From a virus (Duplodnaviria; Caudoviricetes), in the IMG/VR virus record IMGVR_UViG_3300032330_001921, positions 1 to 38,663 of that record: 38,663 nt of DNA; one strand, given 5' to 3'. Position numbers and translations under genes: made by a program. The notes beneath the pieces were generated by a model. That model worked only from the letters and a program-made list of their open reading frames with translations. It was not told where the DNA came from and did not search any database. Shown here in pieces: positions 8,860-17,716 of this stretch; the first letter of the stretch is position 1; each line of letters starts with the position of its first letter.

Positions 8860-9680
8860 ATAAAAGCTACGAACTATACATTTCAGAAATTAAAAACAGC
8901 ATCGTCTCTTCTCAAGAAGAGTTGAGACTTGCCCAAATTTACAAAGATAGATGCTCTGGTTGGGAAGACGCAAGAGATGCAGTAATTAAATCAAATCTTT
9001 TATATGTAGTAAAAGTAGCATTTGAGTATTCTCAAGACCCTATTAAAGTAAGCGACTTAATATCTGAGGGTAACATGGGGCTTCTTGATTCTTTGAATAG
9101 ATTTGATCCTTCTTTGGGCATTAAATTAATTACTTTTGCAAATAAAGAAATTCGCGGCAGAATGGTTAAATTTATCTTAAAGAATAATTACTTCTCTGCT
9201 TTTAAATTATCATTTAAGACAAGAAACGAAGCTAACAAAGTAAAAGCATTCTTTGATGATTACTTGTCTGCAACTGGAGAAAAGCCATCAGTAGAAGAAA
9301 TCAAGAAAAAATTCCAAATCAATACATACGATGCAGAAATGTATCTATGTATGGCAGATTCTAAAACAATTTCTATTGATTATGTTGTTGAGTATGAAGG
9401 CAAAGAAGAAAAAATTGTTGTAGAAGATGAATCAGTTGTTAGGCCAGATCAAGAGTTAAATAATAAACAAGTATCAGAAATTGTATTGAAAATTGTAGCC
9501 CGACTTCCTCTAAGAGAAAGAACAGTTATTAATAGGAGATTTGGATTGAATGGCGAGGAGGCCGCTGACCTTCAAACTATTGGCTTGCAATTTGACTTGA
9601 CAAAAGAACGAATCAGGCAAATCGAAGTGTCTGCTATCAAGAAGATTCAGAGCGAGATGGAGCGGCTAAAAGTCAAGTAA
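8856..9680 (+). CDS. sigma70-family RNA polymerase sigma factor (RpoD/RpoH-like regions 1.2-4)
   Basis: 'SNLLYVVKVA', 'DLISEGNMGLLDSLNRFDPSLGIKLITFA', 'LPLRERTVINRRFGL...LQTIG..FDLTKERIRQIE'. Start moved to ATG 8856 (ATGA overlap with the upstream stop). Confidence 0.92.
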   Translation: MNKSYELYISEIKNSIVSSQEELRLAQIYKDRCSGWEDARDAVIKSNLLYVVKVAFEYSQDPIKVSDLISEGNMGLLDSLNRFDPSLGIKLITFANKEIRGRMVKFILKNNYFSAFKLSFKTRNEANKVKAFFDDYLSATGEKPSVEEIKKKFQINTYDAEMYLCMADSKTISIDYVVEYEGKEEKIVVEDESVVRPDQELNNKQVSEIVLKIVARLPLRERTVINRRFGLNGEEAADLQTIGLQFDLTKERIRQIEVSAIKKIQSEMERLKVK

Positions 9681-9818
9681 TATATGGATTATTACGGAGA
9701 TTCTTTTTATTGCCTTTTTTTCCTTTCTTATATCGTGGTGTGGGTGATATGCACGATTTTGGACCAGTGTCAAGAATGAGATTTGGAAAAAATCTGCAAA
9801 AAATCTTAAAGCCCACTA

Positions 9819-9846
9819 TTGACTTTCGATCCCCCTGCTCCATAGT
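9819..9846 (+). promoter_or_regulatory. sigma70-like promoter (16-bp spacer)
   Basis: TTGACT-N16-CATAGT, followed by a 5' hairpin GATCAAGGG/CCCTCAGATC. Confidence 0.6.
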
Positions 9847-9898
9847 AGACGCAGATCAAGGGATCACCCCTCAGATCAGCAGCAAAAAATAAAAACGT

Positions 9899-10156
9899 AT
9901 GGCAAAGACCAAAGGCACTAAGCACCATGTAGTCATCAAGCTGGAAGACCTGAACAAGATGTTCAAGGATTCCGATGTTATCCCTGTTCCCAAGGGATTT
10001 GTTAAGAGCATTGAGTTTCTTCTCTCTGCTCATAATGTCTCCCTCTCTGAGGTGAGCAAGGATACTGCATCTGCTCCAGTGATTGAGCAAGAGCGTGAGA
10101 CAAAGGAGGAATCTGAATCTCCTGTTATGTTCACTGTCTCTGAACCGACTGAATAA
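9899..10156 (+). CDS. Hypothetical protein
   Basis: 85-aa ORF downstream of a promoter. Confidence 0.75.
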   Translation: MAKTKGTKHHVVIKLEDLNKMFKDSDVIPVPKGFVKSIEFLLSAHNVSLSEVSKDTASAPVIEQERETKEESESPVMFTVSEPTE

Positions 10157-10160
10157 GTAA

Positions 10161-11090
10161 ATGATTATGGGGTTCGACAAAATCATAGGACAAGAAAAGG
10201 TTAAGAAGAGGCTCAACTTCTTCTTAGAGGGCCAAGCTAAGTCCCGCTTGTCTCCCCATATTCTTTTCTCTGCCCCTAGAGGCAGCGGTAAGACGCTGAT
10301 CGCGCAAACTTATGCCAATCAGCTTATCAACAGCGAAGGCAAAAAGAGGAAATCAATTACAATTAATTGCTCTACTCTAATCCGCCTTAAGCGTTTCGTA
10401 AACGATATCCTTGTGCCTCATGTAGTTGGCAAAGAGATTACAATCTTGTTTGATGAAGCAAGCGAGATTCCAAGGGACATTACTATGGCCCTACTAACAA
10501 TCCTCAATCCAAATCAACAAAATAGCAATTCATTTTCTTACGATGATATGACTATTGAATTTGATTTCAGAAATGTTACTTTCTTGTTTGCTACAACAGA
10601 GGCTCACAAGATTGATCATGCTCTGATGGATCGACTGGAGCGAGTAGATCTTGAACAGTATTCAGCGGAAAATCTTTCTGCTATTGTTCAGAAGAACTCT
10701 ACCGCCGATATTGCTGATGTAGCTATGGAGCAAATCAGTAAAGTCTTGCGGGGTAATGCTCGCAAAGCCACTCAGATGGCAAACCATATTGGCCTCTATT
10801 TGTCTGCAAAGAACAAAAAGACTTTTGATATGGATGACTGGAAAGAATTCTGTACTAATATGGGAATTAATCCTTTGGGATTGAGTCCTATGGAGATTAG
10901 AGTTCTTCAGTGCCTTGCCGAAAGGAGTGAAACTACTCTTACTAACCTAAGTGCTAAAACTCACATGACTCGGCAGTCTTTGCAAAGAGATGTAGAAATG
11001 TATCTCCAAAAGACAAACCTGATTGAAGTTACTCCTACTGGTCGCAAACTGACTCATGTTGGTAGACAGTATTTGGAGAATTTGAAGTAA
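10161..11090 (+). CDS. ruvB: RuvB-like AAA+ ATPase (Holliday-junction branch-migration motor family)
   Basis: 'FDKIIGQEKVK', Walker A 'APRGSGKT', Walker B 'ILFDE', 'FATTE', 'ALMDR', 'RGNARKA', C-terminal winged helix 'VEMYLQKTNLIEVTPTGR'. Confidence 0.85.
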   Translation: MIMGFDKIIGQEKVKKRLNFFLEGQAKSRLSPHILFSAPRGSGKTLIAQTYANQLINSEGKKRKSITINCSTLIRLKRFVNDILVPHVVGKEITILFDEASEIPRDITMALLTILNPNQQNSNSFSYDDMTIEFDFRNVTFLFATTEAHKIDHALMDRLERVDLEQYSAENLSAIVQKNSTADIADVAMEQISKVLRGNARKATQMANHIGLYLSAKNKKTFDMDDWKEFCTNMGINPLGLSPMEIRVLQCLAERSETTLTNLSAKTHMTRQSLQRDVEMYLQKTNLIEVTPTGRKLTHVGRQYLENLK

Positions 11091-11092
11091 AT

Positions 11093-11126
11093 AAAAAAGC
11101 GGGGGGCGTAAACCCCCCGCTTGTTT
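11093..11126. terminator. Bidirectional intrinsic terminator
   Basis: AAGCGGGGGG-CGTAAA-CCCCCCGCTT between convergent genes. Confidence 0.8.
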
Positions 11127-11137
11127 GATTAAATATT

Positions 11138-11371
11138 TTAGTTTAGAGGTCTAACGCTACCTTCATAGTAATAAAAGATAGTTCCTGCTGACGCATTCGT
11201 AACATTTCCAGTTACTAAAAATGGAGCATTATCAAGATACAATTGATTAGTTAGAGAAGTGGGTATGTTTACTCCATTAGCAGTGAATCCACTAATTGCA
11301 GCAGTAATAGCAATATCATATCCTTGTTTTCCAAGTATTGTTCCTGATAAATTGACAGCAGAGAAATTCAT
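11138..11371 (-). CDS. Hypothetical small beta-rich protein (possibly virion-associated)
   Basis: G/T/N/S-rich ORF. The second ATG (11371) is preferred because it lies 9 nt after an AGTGTA motif, as at 4067. Confidence 0.6.
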   Translation of the reverse strand: MNFSAVNLSGTILGKQGYDIAITAAISGFTANGVNIPTSLTNQLYLDNAPFLVTGNVTNASAGTIFYYYEGSVRPLN

Positions 11372-11380
11372 AAACTTCAT

Positions 11381-11386
11381 TACACT
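11381..11386 (-). promoter_or_regulatory. AGTGTA motif, putative phage late promoter
   Basis: Reverse complement reads AAGTGTA upstream of the minus-strand gene. Confidence 0.45.
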
Positions 11387-11400
11387 TAAATAAAAAGATT

Positions 11401-11736
11401 ATGGAAATTGTAGTAAATTATTTCGACAAGGACGACAATGAAAAATCAATCAAAGCAAAGGTTGACATTTCAGCTTATTTCAATGGCATCGGACCCAACG
11501 AGTATTGGGGCAGCAAAGGGTACGACAAGGGAGATCTTTTCTTAGATGTCAATGAAATTATTTATGATAAAAAAGGCTTGACTGAAGAAGAGATCAAGCA
11601 AATAGAAGAATACTTTGAAAGCCAAGAATTCCATGAAGAAATCCTGCGAAAACACCTTGACAAGCAGCAAGCGGAGAGAGAAGATGCCGCCGAAGCCTCT
11701 TACGAAGCTCGAAAAGAAGCTGATTTTAGCTATTGA
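11401..11736 (+). CDS. Hypothetical acidic protein
   Basis: 111-aa ORF; 'GIGPNEYWGSKGYDKG' motif. Confidence 0.75.
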   Translation: MEIVVNYFDKDDNEKSIKAKVDISAYFNGIGPNEYWGSKGYDKGDLFLDVNEIIYDKKGLTEEEIKQIEEYFESQEFHEEILRKHLDKQQAEREDAAEASYEARKEADFSY

Positions 11737-11742
11737 AAACTC

Positions 11743-11770
11743 TTGCAATCGACTGAAAACCCACTAAACT
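11743..11770 (+). promoter_or_regulatory. sigma70-like promoter (16-bp spacer)
   Basis: TTGCAA-N16-TAAACT, 10 nt before ATG 11781. Confidence 0.6.
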
Positions 11771-11780
11771 CACGCCTGAT

Positions 11781-12311
11781 ATGAAAATCGTTGATCTGAT
11801 CGCCTCTCAAGCTGGCCTTGCTCGTTTTGCCAGCTTCACTTACTGCTCCAAGTCCACTGGCGAGGTCGCCAGATACACCTTGCAGCTTGGATTCAGCTAC
11901 CGCAACATCCTCCAGAAGAGCATCATGGAGCTTGAAGTTGACAAGCAGATTATGGCAGATTTGCCTCGACAAGCGGCAGACGAGATCCTAGCCTCTCTCA
12001 ACGCAAGCCTCTCTGGCACTCAAACTAAATACACAAAGAAAGACATCTACGAAGATTACAAGGTCGATGGCAAGACTATCCAAGGCATTAAAGTAAATAA
12101 GAATGATGGCTCTCTTAAAATCTTTGGTCTAGTTACTTCTAAGGTTCAGATTACTCCTCCAGTTGCTCCATACAAAGAAACTAAGAGTGCGCCTCTTACC
12201 ATCGAAAAGAATCGCATTACAAAGACTCTGCCAATTGGACGTTTCCGAGAGTTTGCTCTTGATAATTTAATTGTGGCTAAGGTCAATGGTGAGACTCTTG
12301 TTCTTGAATGA
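11781..12311 (+). CDS. Hypothetical protein, paralog of 24287..24817
   Basis: Shares 'SQAGLARFASFTY.SK.TGEVARYT.QLGFSY' and 'G.FREFAL.NL.V.K.NGETL'. Confidence 0.85.
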   Translation: MKIVDLIASQAGLARFASFTYCSKSTGEVARYTLQLGFSYRNILQKSIMELEVDKQIMADLPRQAADEILASLNASLSGTQTKYTKKDIYEDYKVDGKTIQGIKVNKNDGSLKIFGLVTSKVQITPPVAPYKETKSAPLTIEKNRITKTLPIGRFREFALDNLIVAKVNGETLVLE

Positions 12312-12469
12312 AAAAAAAGTGGCTACCGCATAATATGATCGTCGTAAATAAAGTAGGACTTGATCTATTCAATGTATCTTATGTTAAATATGTAGATCAC
12401 GATGTAATTCAGCTTATCAAATATGACTTGAGTGCTGAAGATGTTGCTCAATTTCTCGGTAATAACTAA
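12308..12469 (+). CDS. Hypothetical protein (53 aa, not in ORF track)
   Basis: ATGA overlap with the previous stop; MKKKWLPHNMIVVNKVGLDLF... Confidence 0.5.
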   Translation: MKKKWLPHNMIVVNKVGLDLFNVSYVKYVDHDVIQLIKYDLSAEDVAQFLGNN

Positions 12470-12490
12470 ATCTTCAATATAACTTTTAAA

Positions 12491-12592
12491 TAAAAGAAGT
12501 AAAACAAAGGTAATGCAGCGGAGTTTTTTTCATTTTTCTCTGGTCAATTGACCGCCTGTCTGGTAACTGCATAAAAGCCAGACCTTCTTTTA
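12491..12592 (+). ncRNA. Putative pseudoknotted structured RNA
   Basis: ATGCAG(12513-18)/CTGCAT(12567-72) crossed by GTCTGGT(12558-64)/GCCAGAC(12577-83); outer TAAAAGAAG/CTTCTTTTA. Confidence 0.5.
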
Positions 12593-12606
12593 TCTTTTTT
12601 TTCTTT

Positions 12607-13176
12607 ATGAATATTATTGAATATTATAGTATCAGCGATGGTTACGATGATGATAGTCTTCCTGATCCTTTAAAACTTAACTACAGCACCAAAGAGAAGG
12701 CTATTGAAGCAGTTATTAATAATTATAAGCCTCGTTTTACTGTCAACGAGATCTATGATAAGATTCGATTTCATGGGGTTTATCAAAATTATAGTTCTAC
12801 TTTTTATAAGTTCAGTGAAGGAATTTATCATAATCATGCTGGTTACTATGTGATTTCTCTTGGAGAGACTCAACATAAAATTAGAGAAGGCAGTGATGGT
12901 GTTATTGAATTCTTTGCTGAGTTATTTATTCTTTTTGTAGAAGCTAAGAGGCTATATCTTCCTGAAGTTAAGGTAGCTGGTCAACCTTATCAACCAGCTA
13001 AAAATGAAATCCAAAAGATTCAAGAAATTGGGCCTTTTCCTTTATTTAAATGCAAGAAGTATGGCAGCGAATACATTTATGGTCTTGACAGCAACATGGA
13101 CAATTGGTACAAAACTTCCAGAGCTACTATTCAAGAAAATATTTACGTCAGTCACAACAGATTAGAAATTCATTAA
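12607..13176 (+). CDS. Hypothetical protein
   Basis: 189-aa ORF. Confidence 0.75.
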   Translation: MNIIEYYSISDGYDDDSLPDPLKLNYSTKEKAIEAVINNYKPRFTVNEIYDKIRFHGVYQNYSSTFYKFSEGIYHNHAGYYVISLGETQHKIREGSDGVIEFFAELFILFVEAKRLYLPEVKVAGQPYQPAKNEIQKIQEIGPFPLFKCKKYGSEYIYGLDSNMDNWYKTSRATIQENIYVSHNRLEIH

Positions 13177-13177
13177 A

Positions 13178-13714
13178 ATGAACGATCAATACAAAGCAGC
13201 ATACAAACAAAATTACGCATGGTGGGACGCAAAAGGCGCAGACTTGCCAAAGGGATTGTTTACAAAATTTAACGAATCCTTTAAAGCATGGGAGAAGCGT
13301 CGAGGTTTTGCAACTGAAACTGATTTCGTTGGGAATCCCTTGGAAGGCAACGAAAGCAAGCCTGATCCTGTCAAAAAGCTACGAGGTAGACCTCTTGCTC
13401 TCAAGCTGGCTTTCGAGAGTAAAAAGAGAGTGCTTGCCAAAGAAGCAGCAAAATCAGCAAAAAAAGCTGAGAAAAAAGGCTTGAAAGATCCTCGCATGGA
13501 CACTAAGTTCTCTCCAGACATTGTTGGAAAGCAGTATTCCAGCGGCAACAACGCTCAACGTAAGATAAAGCAGTATATCTTAAAGAATCATCTTATTATT
13601 CCTCCTGATTATGAATTTGGAGTAAATAAAATTGACTGGGGCAAGTACGAAATCACCGGAACTCGCAAGCAAACAAAGCAACCCTCAAAGAAAAAAAATG
13701 AAAATAGTAATTAA
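13178..13714 (+). CDS. Hypothetical basic protein
   Basis: 178-aa ORF with an AT-hook-like 'RGRP'. Confidence 0.7.
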   Translation: MNDQYKAAYKQNYAWWDAKGADLPKGLFTKFNESFKAWEKRRGFATETDFVGNPLEGNESKPDPVKKLRGRPLALKLAFESKKRVLAKEAAKSAKKAEKKGLKDPRMDTKFSPDIVGKQYSSGNNAQRKIKQYILKNHLIIPPDYEFGVNKIDWGKYEITGTRKQTKQPSKKKNENSN

Positions 13715-14045
13715 TAAAAAGCACGGCGGCTTTGGCCTTAGCGAAGAAGCTGTTCTATTATATGGTGATAAAAAAAATCTTAACATCATAGCTAAAGAAG
13801 ATGAAAAAATTAAAACCATTACTCATTACTTCTTAAATGAAGAGAAAGAAGAAAATGGATTCGGTGAGTGGGAGATCGAAAGAAATGATCCAGTCCTCAT
13901 TGAAGTTGTCGAACAGCTTGGTGATTTAGCGAATGGACATTATTCTAAATTGAAGATTGTTGAAGTGCCTGATGATGTTAAATGGTATATTCACGATTAT
14001 GATGGTTTTGAACAAGTCCATGAATGTCACCGTGTCTGGGAATAA
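13698..14045 (+). CDS. Conserved phage hypothetical protein
   Basis: 'MKIVINKKHGGFGLS...RNDPVLIEVVEQLG...LKIVEVPDDVKWYIHDYDGFEQVHECHRVW' is a widespread phage family. Start moved to ATG 13698. Confidence 0.85.
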   Translation: MKIVINKKHGGFGLSEEAVLLYGDKKNLNIIAKEDEKIKTITHYFLNEEKEENGFGEWEIERNDPVLIEVVEQLGDLANGHYSKLKIVEVPDDVKWYIHDYDGFEQVHECHRVWE

Positions 14046-14047
14046 TT

Positions 14048-14944
14048 ATGAAAGAAATTAAAGAACTAAAAGTCTATATCTGCCCCGAGACTGGCAAGAA
14101 GTGTCGCTCCCGTGCAGAAGCAGAGCGTAGTGCTGTCGCAGCAATCAAGGCTAAAGAAGACGCTATAATTGCAGCAGCGCAATATAAACTAGCTCAAGAA
14201 TCTAATCTTATAAAGAAAGATTGGATTCGCTTAAATGCTACAAATGTTTCAGAAATTGAAAACCTAATTGTAGAAAAAGCAAAAGAATTCTGGGGATTTG
14301 ATTGCGAGGTTAGTATTAATGTTACTTTTGGGCAAGTGAGTAACTCTCACGGTGCGCCAATTGGAAAGAAAACTAATTGGAGTGGCGGCGACAAAAATTA
14401 TCCTACTAGTTTTCTTGGCTGGTCTGGTGGCGTTAAAGGATCTATTAAAAATTACAAAAAGAGTAAAAACAGCGGAGAATCTGCTAATTCTCTTCTTTTT
14501 GGTAGTTATTATGCAGGTACTGGAGGCCCCGGCTTTAGAGGTTTCCATACTAGTTCAGGATGCCCCGGCGATGCAGGAGGTCAATATCCTATGGATATTG
14601 GTTTCTATTTCTTTCTTGAAGACTTTCCTAAGCTCGCTGAGTCTTACGAATTATTCAAGATAGAGTATCAAAAAATTATTAATCATAAAGGCAATTTGCA
14701 ATCTCAAGATGAAGCTGCAAATCGTTATGCTAATGGTTGTCAAGATGTTCTTGATCTTGAAGCCCAAGCGTATGAATTAATGAAAAAAGCCAACATATTG
14801 AAGAGCCAGCATAGTCAAAAATATATCCTTGACAATCCTGTCCAAGCCCCTACGATAGACCCGCAACTCGACACTATTAAAGAAAATTTCCGCACTTGTT
14901 TCGGATACGGAGAATTCAGCAACTATTATGGAAACGAAGACTAA
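14048..14944 (+). CDS. Hypothetical protein
   Basis: Start moved to ATG 14048; N-terminal 'CPETGKKC'. Confidence 0.8.
   Translation: MKEIKELKVYICPETGKKCRSRAEAERSAVAAIKAKEDAIIAAAQYKLAQESNLIKKDWIRLNATNVSEIENLIVEKAKEFWGFDCEVSINVTFGQVSNSHGAPIGKKTNWSGGDKNYPTSFLGWSGGVKGSIKNYKKSKNSGESANSLLFGSYYAGTGGPGFRGFHTSSGCPGDAGGQYPMDIGFYFFLEDFPKLAESYELFKIEYQKIINHKGNLQSQDEAANRYANGCQDVLDLEAQAYELMKKANILKSQHSQKYILDNPVQAPTIDPQLDTIKENFRTCFGYGEFSNYYGNED
14829..14856 (+). promoter_or_regulatory. Intragenic sigma70-like promoter (16-bp spacer)
   Basis: TTGACA-N16-TACGAT, about 70 nt upstream of ATG 14928. Confidence 0.45.
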
Positions 14945-15494
14945 AAATCTAAACGCAGAATTCAAGAAAGCAAACAAAGCTCAAAAAAGAGTAATGATTG
15001 CTCAAGATGTCCTTGCCCAACTCAAGGCCAAGAGGTATATTGCTGAGAGTGGATGTTGGGTGCAACCAAATTACAATCCTACTGATACTTGGGCAGATAT
15101 TAAATACACAGACTCTGTTCAAGAGTTATTCGCAGAAAAGAAAATCGAATCTTGCAATGTATGCGCTCTTGGCGGACTCTTTATGAGTTGCACAAATTTC
15201 AATAATAATACTTTACTTGAAGATCTTGATGATGTTTCAGAAGATTTGGGAGCTTTGGTTGAGGAAGAAGAGAAACTGTCTAATAAATTCAATAAAATAT
15301 TCAGCACTTCTCAACTAAAATTGATCGAATCTTATTTTGAAGCAAACGATGGATTCTTTCGAGATTATGATGAAGATGATCGTATTGAAGTATTTTATAA
15401 TAAATATCCATCTGAAAAAAAGCGTCTCCAATTAATCATGGAGAATATTGTAGAAAATGAAGGAACTTTTGTTCCTGAAAAGTTGAAGATATGA
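14928..15494 (+). CDS. Hypothetical protein
   Basis: 188 aa; 'CNVCALGGLF' and 'RLQLIMENIVENEGTF'. Confidence 0.8.
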   Translation: METKTKNLNAEFKKANKAQKRVMIAQDVLAQLKAKRYIAESGCWVQPNYNPTDTWADIKYTDSVQELFAEKKIESCNVCALGGLFMSCTNFNNNTLLEDLDDVSEDLGALVEEEEKLSNKFNKIFSTSQLKLIESYFEANDGFFRDYDEDDRIEVFYNKYPSEKKRLQLIMENIVENEGTFVPEKLKI

Positions 15495-15652
15495 CTTGCT
15501 TAAAGGTCAAAAAAGAAGCAAAACTAGAAGAGTGCGCCGTTGCTTGGAGCGGCGACACTCTTTCTGTTTGTAATCAATGTCGCATGAGTATTTGGGATTT
15601 TGATTTTGATGAGTTTCATATTATGAATGATGGAGAGCCTTTTATTAATTAA
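15491..15652 (+). CDS. Hypothetical protein (53 aa, not in ORF track)
   Basis: ATGA overlap; Cys-containing MTCLKVKKEAKLEECAVAW... Confidence 0.5.
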   Translation: MTCLKVKKEAKLEECAVAWSGDTLSVCNQCRMSIWDFDFDEFHIMNDGEPFIN

Positions 15653-15654
15653 TT

Positions 15655-15894
15655 ATGAAATATAGAAAAAAACCCATAGTTATCGAAGCGACGCAATGGT
15701 TCCAACATGGCGACCATCCTAAAGTAAAAATCTTTTTTGATGGACCGGGAGATATGACGCTTGGAAGGATTTCCACGCTAGAAGGTGATCTCATAGTAAC
15801 TCCCGGCGATTATATTATCACTGGTGTCAAAGGAGAACATTATCCTTGCAAACCTGATATCTTTGAAGCCACTTACGAGAAAGTAGAAGAATAA
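15655..15894 (+). CDS. PGDYG-like conserved phage protein
   Basis: 'MKYRKKPIVIEATQW...TLEG...PGDYIITGVKGEHYPCKPDIFEATYE'. Confidence 0.85.
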   Translation: MKYRKKPIVIEATQWFQHGDHPKVKIFFDGPGDMTLGRISTLEGDLIVTPGDYIITGVKGEHYPCKPDIFEATYEKVEE

Positions 15895-15895
15895 T

Positions 15896-16072
15896 ATGAA
15901 AAAAGGCGATAAACTTATCCACACCGACATCGTTGGTAAAAAACATGAAGTGACATACACCGGAACTCGACGCATAGTTAAAGATTGTGAGTTTGAGTTT
16001 TTTGTAGATGATAAAGGAGATGGTTGTTTCTTTACTGACTCTGAGGTGAAAAAGATGGAGAAGAAAGATTAA
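15896..16072 (+). CDS. Hypothetical protein (58 aa, not in ORF track)
   Basis: Fills the gap exactly; MKKGDKLIHTDIVGKKHEVTYTG... Confidence 0.65.
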   Translation: MKKGDKLIHTDIVGKKHEVTYTGTRRIVKDCEFEFFVDDKGDGCFFTDSEVKKMEKKD

Positions 16073-16073
16073 T

Positions 16074-16256
16074 ATGAAAATGACAGATGAAAATAAATTA
16101 AAAATTGTAACCTTAAGCCACAACATTAAAGCCTTGTGCTATATACTTGACAAAAAAACATTCAGTGAACATTGTGTCACTAGTGGTACTTTTACTGAAA
16201 TTGATTCTTTGTTTGAATTGGCTAAGGAATTGAAAGAAATGAACAAAGAAGAATGA
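16074..16256 (+). CDS. Hypothetical protein
   Basis: Tightly packed ORF. Confidence 0.6.
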   Translation: MKMTDENKLKIVTLSHNIKALCYILDKKTFSEHCVTSGTFTEIDSLFELAKELKEMNKEE

Positions 16257-16459
16257 ACGAAATCCAACTCTCTAATCTTTACCGCGAAACTTGCGGTGCT
16301 TATAACAAAGCCAAAGACGCGCAAGACTTAATAATAATGATGAACGTATTGCATCTTAGACTTGAGCATAATATGGCATACCATAAGATTGCAAAAAGGT
16401 GTGGTATTAAAGTGAATAAGGTGAAGTTGATTTTATTTAACTATGAATCCAGATCCTAA
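16253..16459 (+). CDS. Hypothetical protein, possible HTH
   Basis: 'MAYHKIAKRCGIKVNKVKLIL' is HTH-like; ATGA overlap. Confidence 0.6.
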   Translation: MNEIQLSNLYRETCGAYNKAKDAQDLIIMMNVLHLRLEHNMAYHKIAKRCGIKVNKVKLILFNYESRS

Positions 16460-16727
16460 TTTGTGGGCAGAAATCCCTCAAGAAGTCAAGGACGCTGCCA
16501 TCCTGCTTGGAAATTATTTCAAGAAAAAAGGTATTGACAGTTGGACATTGTATGACGTATCTTCGCGTCAGAATTTCAATGGAGCCTACAACCAAGGGCT
16601 AGACACTGCAATCAGCCTCGTTAGTGAGGGCAGCGACATGGAAACTATCATTTGCGGATTAGAAAATAGTAAAAAACAATTCTCAAATGAAGGCGGCGAC
16701 GGTATTGATTATACAAAGAGTTTTTAA
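16443..16727 (+). CDS. Hypothetical protein
   Basis: Packed ORF. Confidence 0.7.
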   Translation: MNPDPNLWAEIPQEVKDAAILLGNYFKKKGIDSWTLYDVSSRQNFNGAYNQGLDTAISLVSEGSDMETIICGLENSKKQFSNEGGDGIDYTKSF

Positions 16728-16729
16728 AT

Positions 16730-16936
16730 ATGAAATACAAATACGACAAGAAGAATCTGGTCATTGCCTTCAAGAATCTCGCTGAATGGGCTGAGAATCT
16801 TAACGCCAAGGAAGATAAAAAGGTGATAGACGATACTTGGAATGAGTTGGACTGTTTAATGTTTATGGTTCAAGAGCGTAACCCTTTTGCTTTTGGCCCT
16901 GAAGGTTGCGAGTCAACGATTATGGGAAAAGATTGA
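16730..16936 (+). CDS. Hypothetical protein
   Basis: Packed ORF. Confidence 0.7.
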   Translation: MKYKYDKKNLVIAFKNLAEWAENLNAKEDKKVIDDTWNELDCLMFMVQERNPFAFGPEGCESTIMGKD

Positions 16937-17039
16937 AAAAAGTCAAAAAACCTTGAAAGATTCACTCGACTCGCAACATATAATTAGTGTAGACTTCGCT
17001 CCAAGCGAGTAGAAGACTCAAAAAGAAATAAATAAAAAT

Positions 17040-17249
17040 ATGATACAAGAATCATCAATGCAATCAGCATTAGATAATATAGAACAATTAGAACTAAAAC
17101 TTGAATCGGCAAAATCACGCATTATTAATCTTGAAGATTACATTCATCGACTTGAAAAAGCGGCGGATGATTTGAGTGATTGCAAAGATACTTCTAAATA
17201 TTCAATCGCAATTCTGAAATTTAAAATAGTAAAAGAAACAAAACCATGA
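17040..17249 (+). CDS. Hypothetical coiled-coil protein
   Basis: 69-aa helical ORF. Confidence 0.6.
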   Translation: MIQESSMQSALDNIEQLELKLESAKSRIINLEDYIHRLEKAADDLSDCKDTSKYSIAILKFKIVKETKP

Positions 17250-17317
17250 ACGAAAACTTTCATCTTCAAGAAATTGAAGGAATAAACAAAATAAATTACT
17301 GAGTTGCCTTAATTTAT

Positions 17318-17713
17318 ATGAAATATACGCCAGAAAACATTACTCACTTGGAGCCGAATCAAATCTTTGTTTACGGAGCGAATTCCGGCGGCAGACATGG
17401 TGCAGGAGCCGCAAAATTAGCCTTGCGTTGGGGCGCAAAGATGGGAGAATACGGGTTGAACGGTCAGACCTACGGCATCCCCACAAAAGATCACAATATT
17501 CGCACTTTGCCCCTTGACAAGATTCAAGTTCATGTTAATGATTTCCTTGCGACGGCGTTCTCTCACCCTGAATATGAGTTTTTAGTAACCGCAGTGGGGA
17601 CAGGATTGGCGGGATATCATGCTAAAGACATTGCCCCTTTATTTAAAACAGTTAAAACAACAGGAGTATTTGAAAATGTAATCTTGCCAGAAGAGTTTTA
17701 TAAATATATTTAA
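17318..17713 (+). CDS. Macrodomain-like phage protein (A1S_2505 family)
   Basis: 'YTPENITHLEPNQIFVYGAN..GRHGAGAA', 'GQTYGIPTK', 'FLVTAVGTGLAGY'. Confidence 0.8.
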   Translation: MKYTPENITHLEPNQIFVYGANSGGRHGAGAAKLALRWGAKMGEYGLNGQTYGIPTKDHNIRTLPLDKIQVHVNDFLATAFSHPEYEFLVTAVGTGLAGYHAKDIAPLFKTVKTTGVFENVILPEEFYKYI

Positions 17714-17716
17714 TAT

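Noticed and set aside
9710-9892. 60-aa ORF between the sigma gene and 9899
   Set aside because: TTG start, spans a promoter and leader hairpin; more likely non-coding.
10168-10180. GGTTCGA as a tRNA T-loop
   Set aside because: Inside the ruvB coding sequence, with no surrounding cloverleaf.
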